Shown piece by piece: positions 49,312 to 61,290 of a stretch of 64,000 nt of DNA. The notes beneath the pieces are model-generated. The model searched no databases. It was not told the origin of the DNA and saw only the letters and a list, made by a program, of their open reading frames with translations. Both the position numbers and the translations under genes were made by a program. How positions within the stretch are numbered: the first letter of the stretch is position 1; each line of letters opens with the position of its first letter. The DNA comes from an uncultured Acidimicrobiales bacterium. GTDB lineage: Bacteria; Actinomycetota; Acidimicrobiia; Acidimicrobiales; Aldehydirespiratoraceae. The stretch covers positions 23,570 through 87,569 of the forward strand of contig CATQHS010000001.1 in NCBI GenBank assembly GCA_958296055.1. Direction: 5' to 3'.

Positions 49312-49973
49312 TCGACTCTCGGCGGGGCGATCTCTACCAGCCCCGACTCGGTGACGACGGCGTCGAGGGCCGCGTCCCACCGGTGGCGGGGCACCTCGTC
49401 CACCTGCTGGAAGGAGTGGGCCACGCCGATCAGGACCGGCCCCGGCCGCCCCGGCCCGCCCCCGGGCTCGGCCTCCAGCCCCGGCCGCCCCGGCCCCGGC
49501 CCTAGGGGCGCCAGGGCCCGGTCGTAGAAGCCCTTGCCCTGGCCGACCCGGTACCCGTCGGCGTCGAAGGCCACCACCGGCACCAGCACCACGTCGTGGT
49601 CGGCCAGGGCTACGACCTCGCCCCCGACCGGCTCGGGTATGCCGAAGGCGCCGGGCTCGACCGTCTGGTCCCGGCGGTGGACCACCATCTCCAGGTCCCG
49701 GCCCCTCACCCGGGGCAGCGTGTAGCCGATCGGGCCCCGGCCCGGAGGGGGGCCGTCCACCAGGCCGTCCAGCGAGATCTCCCCCCGCACCGCCCGGTAG
49801 GCCGCCACCAGCCGGGCCGCCCTCATCACCGGCAGCGCCCGCAGCCGGGCCACCGCCCCGGCGCTGGCCGCGGCCAGCGCGTCGGCGGTCAGCCCGGCCC
49901 GGCGCCGGCGCATGGCCGCCCGGATCTCGGCCTTGGCCGCGGCCACCCGGTCGTCGTCGGGGCCTGTCACCAT
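49305..49973 (-). CDS. 5-formyltetrahydrofolate cyclo-ligase
   Basis: KAEIRAAM, FGIPEP, VLVPVVAFD, RVGQGKGFYDR, DAVVTE. Confidence 0.92.
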   Translation of the reverse strand: MVTGPDDDRVAAAKAEIRAAMRRRRAGLTADALAAASAGAVARLRALPVMRAARLVAAYRAVRGEISLDGLVDGPPPGRGPIGYTLPRVRGRDLEMVVHRRDQTVEPGAFGIPEPVGGEVVALADHDVVLVPVVAFDADGYRVGQGKGFYDRALAPLGPGPGRPGLEAEPGGGPGRPGPVLIGVAHSFQQVDEVPRHRWDAALDAVVTESGLVEIAPPRVEG

Positions 49974-50031
49974 CCGTTCAGGCTACGGCCCGGCACCGGT
50001 AGGCTGCCGCCGCCCTACCAGAGGAGCGCGC

Positions 50032-52666
<2,635 letters not shown>

Positions 52667-52670
<4 letters not shown>

Positions 52671-53731
52671 CGGGCCTTGGCGCTCGGCCTCAGGCCGAGC
52701 GCCCTCCCGACCCGCCCTCGCCGCGACGGGCCCCTTCGTTTGTCGATGACTTCCTCTATGAGCCGGGCGTAGTTGTCGACCATGGCATCCGGCGAGAACA
52801 TCTCCTCCGCCATCCTCCGTCCGGCCAGGCCCATCTTTTGGCGAGCCTCACGGGAAATGGCGGCGAACCTCAAGATGGCGTCGGCCATGTCCCGGGCCGA
52901 CGAGGGTTCGAACAGCAGGCCGTTTCGCCTCTCCTCGACCAGCCTGGGGTTGTCGCCGACTCGGCCGACCAGCAGCGGGATGCCGCAGGCCATGGCTTCG
53001 CAGATGACGTTGGCCGTGCCCTCGAAGAGGGAGGGCAGGCACACCACGTCGGATCCGTGGTACAGGCGCTCGACGTCCTTGGCCGCCGGGCGCAGCCGGA
53101 AGGCGCCCCCCAACGACTTGCGGGCGATGGCCTCCTCCAACTGGGCGTAGTAGCCCTCCCGCTTCCACTGGTCCCCGTGCCAGTCCACTCGCACTTCGAG
53201 CCACGGCTGCTCCCGCCGAACGATCTCCACCGCCTCCATCAGCCCCAGGGGATTCTTTTGAGGGTGAAAGCGGGCCAGCACCAGCATTCTCAGCTCTCCG
53301 GGCTGGCTCGGGGGCGGCGAACCTGGAGTGAACCTCTCCAGATCCACCCCGTTGACGATGATGCGGGCCCGGTCTCGAAGCCGGGGGGCCAGTTCGAGCA
53401 TGCGCCGGTACTGGGCGTGGGAGTTGCTCACCACCGCGTCGGCGAGGAGATGAAACCTGTAGCGCAAGGCTCTCCTCAGGCTCGGGCCGGTGATGTCCAG
53501 AGCCGCCTCCCTGGCGACGAAGGCGAAACTCCGGCGGGGCAGCCCGGCCAGTTCCACCAGCATGTTGGGTCCCTTCCATGCCGGCAATGACCGCATCCGG
53601 GCCGCTCGTCTTGATGGCCTTGCGCATGGTGCGGACAAGATGGGCCTTATTGCGGGACGGCACGAACCGACGGTGACGCGGGCCCGGGTCATGCTCCGGC
53701 GGCATTGTCCACTGTCGGCTGCATTGTTCAT
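52667..53731 (-). pseudogene. GT4 glycosyltransferase, 5'-damaged paralog of 60136..61278
   Basis: C-terminal two thirds intact (EGTANVICEAMACG). The GGAQRQL N-terminal segment is missing and VPSRNKAHLVRTMRKAIK lies in another frame. Confidence 0.8.
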
Positions 53732-53739
53732 GTCCTAAC

Positions 53740-54902
53740 TTATGGTGCCTTGCCGATTTGGAAAATCGGCGTTTCCATCCCTTTGACCCGATATTCCTCG
53801 GCTGCTTCTAGGAAGAATTCGTGACGGATCGATTCGTAGTAGCCAGCCTCCGGATAGATGTTGTTTATGTTCTCCCGGTTCCATGCGTTCCAGAGTTCGA
53901 CCAGGCGGGTCGTCGCCTCGGTTTTGCTGTCGAACAGGTTGGTGGTTTCCCCGGGGACTTCTGCCAAATTGAAGAGCTGCATCTTCCCCTCAGGATCGTC
54001 CTTGACCAGCTTTGTCCGGTCGGCGCGGACCGCGAGCGTCGTCCTGTTCGGATCCCACGCCGACTGTCGCCAGAAGAGGGCCCAAAAGAGGGCCTTGCGC
54101 GGTGAGCCGGTCTCTGATCCTCGGACGAAGGGGTCTAGGTTCACGCCGTCCAACGGCCGATCAGGGTCGACCGCCGAGCCAGCCAGGGCCAAGGCGGTGG
54201 CGGCTATGTCTAGGCTGGAGACCATCGGCTCGAACGTCTCGCCCTCAGGCCATCGGGTGGGCCACGAGGCGACGAACGGCACGCGTATCCCGCCCTCGAG
54301 GAAACTCCCTTTGTCCTTGCTGAACGGGGCGTTATCCGCCCAAGTCAAATTCGGTGAGCGCGTCGGTCAGGTAGCCGTCGAACCCGACGGCCCCTCTATT
54401 CTCGTTGAGCGGCAGATACGCCATGTCGGCGCGAGTGAGATCAACGCTGAAGTAGTCATGCCCGCCGCCGAGAAAGCCTTAAAAGTAGTTGAACCCGCGG
54501 TTGAGAGGGTGGAAGGTCGGCGCGGCCCCCAGTTGCCACTTGCCGACGATCCCGGTCCGGTAGCCGGCCTCGTCGAGATAGGCGGCCATGGTCTTTTCCT
54601 CCGTTGGAAGAACCATGCCCTTCGTACCGGCGCGCGACGGGCCGCAGAAGGGATGCACGACGTAGCCGTTGGAGAAGACCACGCCTTCTTCGGCCAGTCG
54701 GTCGATGTTGGGGGTCTTGATCTCCGTGGCGCCGTTGTAGCTCACGTCGTTGTAACCGAGGTCGTCTACGAACACGACGACGATGTTCGGCCGGACATCC
54801 TCACCAGCAGACCCGGGGCTCTGCTGGTGGACTGCGAGCATCCCGAAGCGATCACCAGAACAGCCAGAAAGCCTAGGCTGACGATCGTTTTGAAAGGATC
54901 AT
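53740..54902 (-). pseudogene. Lipoprotein sulfatase, fragmented paralog of 61291..63300
   Basis: Lipobox IASGC and CGPSRAG present, but with frameshifts, an in-frame stop at 54479 and two internal deletions relative to the intact paralog. Confidence 0.88.
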
Positions 54903-54984
54903 TCTCTCCTGTTCCATGCTATCAGCGGAGCCGCTGAATCAAGGGTGAGACGTTCTTCATCACCAGAAACGGTTGGTTCAGCGG

Positions 54985-57051
54985 TCATCGGACTGTGGGG
55001 CTGAACCTTTCTTGCCAGAGGCGGCCTTCTTCGGGTATCCATTGGCCGGTTATGATCATGCGGTGTTCATAGTCGGGTAGGATGCGGGTGATGGCGCATC
55101 GTCCTCCGAATGTGAATCCGTACACTTCGTCCGTGAATGTGTCTGTATAGAAAGTGAAGTCGAGATTGTCGAAGTCAAAAGCTTTGCGATGGTCGGGAAG
55201 ATCGGAGCGATCGGTTGGGTAGATGTGCAGAAAAAACGGTGTTTCAGTGTCGACATCGCGGCATGAGTCCGCTATGTATACCAGCCTATCTCTGTCGAAG
55301 TATATGTTGAATTTGGAGCGTGTGACGAGTTGGGCGTCTCCTAGAATGGATTCAAGTATCAGGTCTTCGTTTAGACTTTGTCCAATATTATCGTGGCAGG
55401 CTTTCAGTATGACACCGTCTTCTAGCAATGCAGTTACTGTCAACTCTGGCAAGAGAGGAAATTCTATAAAATCATATCCAGTGAAATTTTCTCTGAAGTA
55501 TCCAGCGTCTAGTCGACTGTAGAACCAAACGACATGCATGTCAAGGTTTCCGGTGCGGGTACAGTCGGCAAATTGTAAATTGGGGCGATCAGGCCACAAT
55601 CTATGGTACTGAATTTCTACTTCGGCTGGGATATTCGCATTCATATTGGCGTAGATGGCTCTTATGGCGTTGCTCCAGATATGCCCATTGAGGGGATTGG
55701 ATTTGAGGTATTGGATGGTCTGGGATTCTGTCCAGGATTTGGATGTGTAACCGACTCCTGATGCTAAGTGTTTCTTTATTTGCTCATGGCTGGAGGATGC
55801 TGGCAGGGCAAGCCAGAGAAACAGGCCCACCATTGTGATGTGCTTGAGCCCTACTTTTGGTTGCCGTATTTTCGTAGAGACAACCCGGCATCCGCCTTTT
55901 TGAGTGCTGTAGGTTATGAGTCCATTCAGATAAATCGCGACTGCGGCTAGTGCGGGTACGTATATTGGTGCAATGTATCGGCTTGTAAGACTAAAGTCTA
56001 CCATGGGTAAGGTTATAGTTAAAACAATTGAGTAGATTGACACGAAAACGACAGGGACAGTCAACCCTTTTAATTCTTTGATTCTTCCTCTACGCCACAA
56101 GAATATGAGTCCGCATCCGAAAGCAGCCGTTACAGTGATCAGGAACGCGATTTGCACTGATAAATCGCTGATTCCGTTTCTCTCTGCCTGTCTGTTCAGA
56201 TAGTCAAAGCCGTAGTCCTCTAGAACCCACTTGGTGAACTCTGAGCTGGCAACATTAATAGAGATAAGCCAGTCGAAGCCATCCGGATGCAAACCTTGAG
56301 CCCATTTCCCCGACTTGAGGTAAGTTCGCAATGTCCACATACCTATGGGAGCAATTGATATGACAGAATAAATAGCGATATGTCTTACTTTTGATAGAAA
56401 CCCTGGACCCTTCTTTGTCAGGACAACAAGGATTGTGGTGGCGACTATTGCAATCCCCATATTACGCGTTAGCAACGCTAAACTGGTGAACACTGCAGCT
56501 AAGATCAGCGCAGATTGCTTGTCGCTGTCCAAGAACCTATCCAACTTATAAAGTGATAGAACAGTGAACAAGATAAACAGCGGTTCCTGTAAAGCGTAGC
56601 TAAATATATTGCCTAGAAATGGTGATAAGGCACAGGCACTACCTGCCCATAGAATAAGAAAACGGGATTCGATCCTACCGGATATCCACACAAGTAATAC
56701 TATGATTGTAAACCCAAAGGCGATCGTATTCACATATTGGGCTGCGACCAGCCCATTTTCAATACCCAAGGCTATGACGACTGCCATCATCAACGGGAAT
56801 AAAGGTGGATAATATGCTTCATTAAAACCTTTCCCTTCCGACAAACCTTCACTGATAATGATGTACAATATTGCATCTGGACTCGTTGATATACCGTAGT
56901 TTAATTGACGCAATACTACCAAGGTTACACCCACACAACCAAGCAGCAGAATGATTCCTTTCCATCCCCTCCCCCCCCGGGGGGGCTTCCCCCGATCAGA
57001 AGCTATAACCGTTCTCATGAACATTTTTATCCCGATTGGATCAGCGGTCAT
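54985..57051 (-). CDS. GT-C/ArnT-PMT-like membrane glycosyltransferase with extracytoplasmic C-terminal domain
   Basis: AT-richer gene; STSPDAILY, YPPLFP, EPLFILF, LALLTRNMG, SRYIAPIY; multi-TM. Confidence 0.8.
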   Translation of the reverse strand: MTADPIGIKMFMRTVIASDRGKPPRGGRGWKGIILLLGCVGVTLVVLRQLNYGISTSPDAILYIIISEGLSEGKGFNEAYYPPLFPLMMAVVIALGIENGLVAAQYVNTIAFGFTIIVLLVWISGRIESRFLILWAGSACALSPFLGNIFSYALQEPLFILFTVLSLYKLDRFLDSDKQSALILAAVFTSLALLTRNMGIAIVATTILVVLTKKGPGFLSKVRHIAIYSVISIAPIGMWTLRTYLKSGKWAQGLHPDGFDWLISINVASSEFTKWVLEDYGFDYLNRQAERNGISDLSVQIAFLITVTAAFGCGLIFLWRRGRIKELKGLTVPVVFVSIYSIVLTITLPMVDFSLTSRYIAPIYVPALAAVAIYLNGLITYSTQKGGCRVVSTKIRQPKVGLKHITMVGLFLWLALPASSSHEQIKKHLASGVGYTSKSWTESQTIQYLKSNPLNGHIWSNAIRAIYANMNANIPAEVEIQYHRLWPDRPNLQFADCTRTGNLDMHVVWFYSRLDAGYFRENFTGYDFIEFPLLPELTVTALLEDGVILKACHDNIGQSLNEDLILESILGDAQLVTRSKFNIYFDRDRLVYIADSCRDVDTETPFFLHIYPTDRSDLPDHRKAFDFDNLDFTFYTDTFTDEVYGFTFGGRCAITRILPDYEHRMIITGQWIPEEGRLWQERFSPTVR

Positions 57052-57108
57052 CGGATCCTCTCTTTCCAGAACCGCGGCTTTGAGACGGCCGACCGTTCAG
57101 CAACGCCG

Positions 57109-57656
57109 TCAGATGTCGAAAACACCGTCGGCCCCCAGACTGGCCCCGACCAGGATGGCCGCCGCTCCGGTGAGCGCCTGACCAGTCCGGATCACTCGGG
57201 GGCCGATCTGGCCACCCGGCGGCATCACCGCTACTGTCAACGCCAGAGCGGCCCGACCGCGACGCCGGTCCGCGCCGGCCCCAGATCGGCGCCGGCGCTC
57301 ACGGCCAGCACTCCGAGGCCGGGCCCGAACAGGTGGGGTACGGCCACGGGTACGATCGCCGCCTTCCATCCCGGCAGCCCTGGCTCAGCCCGGGCCGGTC
57401 CGGTGACCGCGTCTCGGCCCCCTACCACGATCAGAGCTACCCCGGCCCCGATCCGGGCGGTGGGCGCGCTGACTCCCAGAGACTCCAGCAGCGGCCCTGA
57501 GAGTCCTGCGATCGCCGACACCGCGGCCAGTACCGCCAGCGCGCCGCCGGCCGCGCCGCAGAGCCTCCGGCGTCGGGACCGGGCCGGCCCGCCCGGCCAG
57601 ACCCTCAGCGGGTTGACGGTCACGGCTGCGGCCACTGCCGCCATCAGAACGTTCAC
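57109..57656 (-). pseudogene. MarC-like membrane protein, frameshifted paralog of 63552..64000
   Basis: APTARIGAG, WKAAIVPVAVPHLFGPG; the C-terminus ADGVFDI lies in another frame after about 57255; IS inserted just upstream of the start. Confidence 0.8.
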
Positions 57657-57667
57657 GGCCCCCGAAT

Positions 57668-58627
57668 CTAGTTGTCAGTTCGCGTGAGGTTGTTAGCGCG
57701 TGATGCGGGCGGGCCGCCGGCTGCGGTGTGGTGTCGGTGGCAGTTGTAGTCGCAGTTCCAGCGTTTGAGGCGGATGCGGCGGTCGGTTTCGGATCGGAGG
57801 CGCCGGTTGTAGAGGAACTCGTCGGCGATGGTGCGGTTGAAGCGTTCGGCTTTGCCGTCAGTCGGGGCCGGTAGGGGCGGGTGCGCAGATGGGTGATGCG
57901 GCGTTGGGCGAGTTGTTCGGCGAAGAGCCCGGAGCAGAAGTTGGCCCCGTTGTCGGTCATCACCGCGTCCACGGCCATGTCGTTGGCCCAGAACCAGTCC
58001 TGGGCTCTGGTCCAGAACCCGGCCAGGGCAGCGGCGGTCTCGTCGTCGAGGGCTTCGACGTAGGCGACCCTGGAGTAGTCGTCGACGGCTACGTGCAGGT
58101 AGGTGTACCCGCCGCGGCGGGGGCCGCGGCGGGAGCGGCGGGCCTGGGGGCTTTGGCGGCCGTGTGCCCTCCAGCCGCCCCCGGGCGGGATCTTCGCCAC
58201 TTTTTTGATGTCGAGGCGCCAGCTCCCCCGGCGCCGACCTCTCATAGCGGCGGATCACCCGCCCGGTCGGGCGGTCGATGACGTCGAGCCGGTTCAGCCC
58301 GTGGCGGCGAAGGACCCGCCACACCGTCGAGGCCGCCACGCCGGTGCGCGCCGACAGATACGCCGGGCCCCGCTTGGTGCTGCGCCGCAGCCGGCAGATC
58401 CGCTCCTCGGTCTTCGCGTCGGTGCGCCGAGGAGACCGGCGCGGCCGCGAGCTGCGGTCCGCCAGCCCGCAATCGCCGTGCTCCTGCCAGCGCCGCCACC
58501 ACTTCGCGACCGTGCCCCGCGACAGGCCCATCTGGCGGGCCACTTCGGCCTGGGGCTCCCCCGCAGCCACCCGCTGGACCAGCAGCAGCCGCCCCGCGGG
58601 AGTCAAACGTGCATTAGCGTGCGACAT
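57668..58627 (-). pseudogene. IS481 transposase with two compensating frameshifts
   Basis: MSHANARLT, RYERSAPGEL and GKAERFNRT are in one frame; LDIKK, VDDYSR and MTDNG are in another. Confidence 0.88.
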
Positions 58628-58718
58628 CGAGCCTCCTGTGCTCGTGGGTTGGTACACCACCACACTCGCACAGGAGGCTCACCCCATCACGCTGCTACCA
58701 ACCTCTATGCCCAGAACA
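57673..58718 (-). mobile_element. IS481-family insertion sequence (1046 bp)
   Basis: TGT...ACA ends with imperfect TIRs (TGTCAGTTCGCGTGAGGTTGTTAGC / TGTTCTGGGCATAGAGGTTGGTAGC); flanks TCTAGT and ACTAGT fit the NCTAGN target. Confidence 0.92.
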
Positions 58719-58724
58719 ACTAGT

Positions 58725-59122
58725 GGACCTTGATCTTCATTGGTATTGACAAGAGTTAATACGGCGACGGTCTCATTCATGGCAAGACGGAGCGCGTAGT
58801 TGCTGACGATCGGACCTTTTCCGTCATAAATTAGCCAGACCTGTTCCACTCGTTCTTGATAATCGGAGGAATGGAAGCGTGTCAAAGCACGGAATGGAAT
58901 CCCTACCACTGGTAATAATTGTATGAAACCACTCAAAGAGAAGCGCTTTGGGGCCAGCGGAGACAGGACCAGGAAAAGACCTACAATAAGTAAACTATTG
59001 GCAAATCTAACGTTTAATATCCAGTCCGTTGCCCAATGAAATAGAAGTAAAAACTATTCCGAAGGGTCGATGTAGATGGGGTCTGAACAAGATAAATAAT
59101 GCTGATATTTCTACATAAATAA
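58725..59122 (-). pseudogene. AT-rich fragment of a membrane protein
   Basis: HWATDWILNVRFANSLLIVGLFLVLSPLAP...LLPVVGIPFRALTRF; no intact start; truncated by the IS and by repeat copy B. Confidence 0.5.
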
Positions 59123-59237
59123 TGGCCATATCCACCAAAGCCTCGCTGCGGGAGATGATGCTGCCGGGGGCCCTGGCCGTGGTGGTGCCGCTGGTGATCG
59201 GCTTCGTCGACGTCGACTCCCTGGGCGGTTCCTGTGA
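59123..59237 (+). pseudogene. Duplicated, internally deleted hppA 3' fragment
   Basis: 59123-59234 matches 51797-51909 (one G lost), then jumps to the hppA stop region at 52153 (243 bp missing). Confidence 0.92.
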
Positions 59238-59278
59238 TCGCAACTAGGGGGCGCGGGCGGCGGCCCGTCTGACCACAA

Positions 59279-60037
59279 CTAGAGGGCGCGGACGGCGGCC
59301 AGCCAGTCGAGGATGGTGCGGACCAACTCGTCGGAGTGGCGGCGGTCGGTGAAGAGGTGGTCGGCCCCGGCGACGGTGCGCAAATCGGCTGAGCCGGCCG
59401 CGGCCAGGGCCTCGGTCTGATCGGAGCCAACCACGGTGTCAGCGCCGGCCTGCACCACCAGCAGGGGCCGGCCCAGGTCGGCCGCGGCGGCGGCCACGTC
59501 ATGGCGGTGAAGGTCGTCGAGGAAGTCCCGGCCCACCGTCACCGGCCGGGCGCCGATGGTCACCTCCCCCCGGCCGTCCTCGCGTATGCGCCGCAGGGCG
59601 TCGGCGTCGAAGAGGTGCTCGACGTGGGCGGCCGAGGCCGGCGAGGCCACCGCCGCCACCGCGGCCACCGTGTGCAGGCGGGACGCGGCCAGCACCGCGG
59701 CGGCCCCGCCCAGGCTGTGGCCGATCAGCGCGCAGGGTCCGGCCCCCCGCTCGATGAGCGCCACCGCGGCCCGGGTGACGTCGCTCACGTTGGTGGTGAC
59801 GGTGGTGTCGGCCAACTCGCCGCCGCTGGAGCCCAGGCCGGTGAAGTCGAAGGCCAGGGTCAGGTAGCCCCCGGCGGCCAGGCCCCGGGCCATGCGGGTG
59901 GTGGTGAACAGGTCCTTGGAGCAGGTGAAGCAGTGGACCAGCAGCGCCGCGCCGACAGGGGCGACGCTGGGGTGATGCAGCGCGCCCGCCAGCCTGGCCC
60001 CCGCTCCCCCCGTGAACTCGATCGACTCGACGCTCAT
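59279..60037 (-). CDS. Alpha/beta hydrolase (type usually fused to OsmC)
   Basis: HCFTCSKD, FDFTGLGSSGG, GHSLGG, DTVV, GADHLF. Confidence 0.92.
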   Translation of the reverse strand: MSVESIEFTGGAGARLAGALHHPSVAPVGAALLVHCFTCSKDLFTTTRMARGLAAGGYLTLAFDFTGLGSSGGELADTTVTTNVSDVTRAAVALIERGAGPCALIGHSLGGAAAVLAASRLHTVAAVAAVASPASAAHVEHLFDADALRRIREDGRGEVTIGARPVTVGRDFLDDLHRHDVAAAAADLGRPLLVVQAGADTVVGSDQTEALAAAGSADLRTVAGADHLFTDRRHSDELVRTILDWLAAVRAL

Positions 60038-60135
60038 GAATCTAATAAGAGCACTAGCTGCGTCAAATCGTATTGTAGTAATAAAACCCCACCTCCGTAT
60101 AAATAACGGGTCTTCACTGTTTTCAAAAGCATCAT

Positions 60136-61278
60136 TTAGAAGGTTCTTCGTTTATCAAGGACTTTTTGGATAAGTTCTATGTAGCTATCAATAAAGAAAT
60201 CTGGAGAGAATATTTCCTCTACTAATCTACGGCCAGTCAAACCCATTGCTCGTCTAGTTTCGTGTGGTTTTCTAGCGAACTGTACAATTTTATCGGCCAT
60301 ATCTTGGGCTGATGGAGCATCGAACAACAGACCGTTTCTTCCTTCTTTGACTAGTCTAGAATTGTCTCCGGTCCGGCTGGCTAGTACCGGGACGCCGCAC
60401 GCCATCGCTTCGCATATGGTGTTTGATGTGCCTTCATAGAGGGAGGGTAAACATACGACATCAGCCCTGTGGTAGAGTTGTTCAATGTTCTTAACCGCCC
60501 GGTGTAGACGAAAAACGTCCTTCAACATCCGACGCTCAATGGCCTCCTTCAGTCGGGCATAATAATCCTCATTCTGCCACCAAGGATCCCCATACCAATC
60601 CACCAGCACATCCAGTTGCGGCTGCTCTCGCCGAACAATCTCCACCGCCTCCACCAAGGTGAAGGGGTTCTTTTGTGGATGCACTCGAGCTAGGACTAGC
60701 ATTCGCAGCTCTCTCGACCGGATCGGCGGCGACTGGACTGGGGAGAATCGTTTTAGATCCACCCCGTTGACGATAATATGAGTCCGGTCGGCAAGGCGCG
60801 GAAATGTTTCGAGTATGTGGCGGTGCTGGGAATAGGAGTTGCATACCACCGCGTCAGCGAGAAAGTGAAGACCGTAGCGCACGAAACGCTTCCTACCGAC
60901 GGCATCCAAACATCGCTCTGAGGTAATGAGAGCGAATCTTCGGCGAGGCAGTCCGGCCAACTCCATCAACGAGTTCGGCCCAGTCAGATAGGAAACGACT
61001 ACGTCTGGGCTGCTCGCCTTGATAGCCTTGCGCATGGCGCGGACAAGATGCGCCTTGTTTCGGAATGGCACAGAATTGAGAGATACTCCAATCTCGGTGA
61101 GATCATCGGCAAAAAAACCACCCCCGTGATAGATGAACGTCTCTACGTCGTAGCTGCGGTCCTTTAGAGCAGCAGCCAGCATCACCAGTTGTCTCTGCGC
61201 CCCCCCTGACTCCATCTTGTCTATGACGAAAGCGACTCGGGGCAAAGTGGGGTCTGATACCCGGGCCGTGTTGCTCAT
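60136..61278 (-). CDS. GT4 glycosyltransferase
   Basis: SGGAQRQL, IVNGVD, ARVHPQKN, EGTSNTICEAMACG; AT-richer than core genes. Confidence 0.93.
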   Translation of the reverse strand: MSNTARVSDPTLPRVAFVIDKMESGGAQRQLVMLAAALKDRSYDVETFIYHGGGFFADDLTEIGVSLNSVPFRNKAHLVRAMRKAIKASSPDVVVSYLTGPNSLMELAGLPRRRFALITSERCLDAVGRKRFVRYGLHFLADAVVCNSYSQHRHILETFPRLADRTHIIVNGVDLKRFSPVQSPPIRSRELRMLVLARVHPQKNPFTLVEAVEIVRREQPQLDVLVDWYGDPWWQNEDYYARLKEAIERRMLKDVFRLHRAVKNIEQLYHRADVVCLPSLYEGTSNTICEAMACGVPVLASRTGDNSRLVKEGRNGLLFDAPSAQDMADKIVQFARKPHETRRAMGLTGRRLVEEIFSPDFFIDSYIELIQKVLDKRRTF

Positions 61279-61290
61279 GTTTAGAGCCGC

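Larger units (their letters stand above)
59123..60037. repeat. Long direct repeat, copy B
   Basis: Second copy of the hppA 3' end plus hydrolase, 7326 bp downstream of copy A. Confidence 0.92.
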
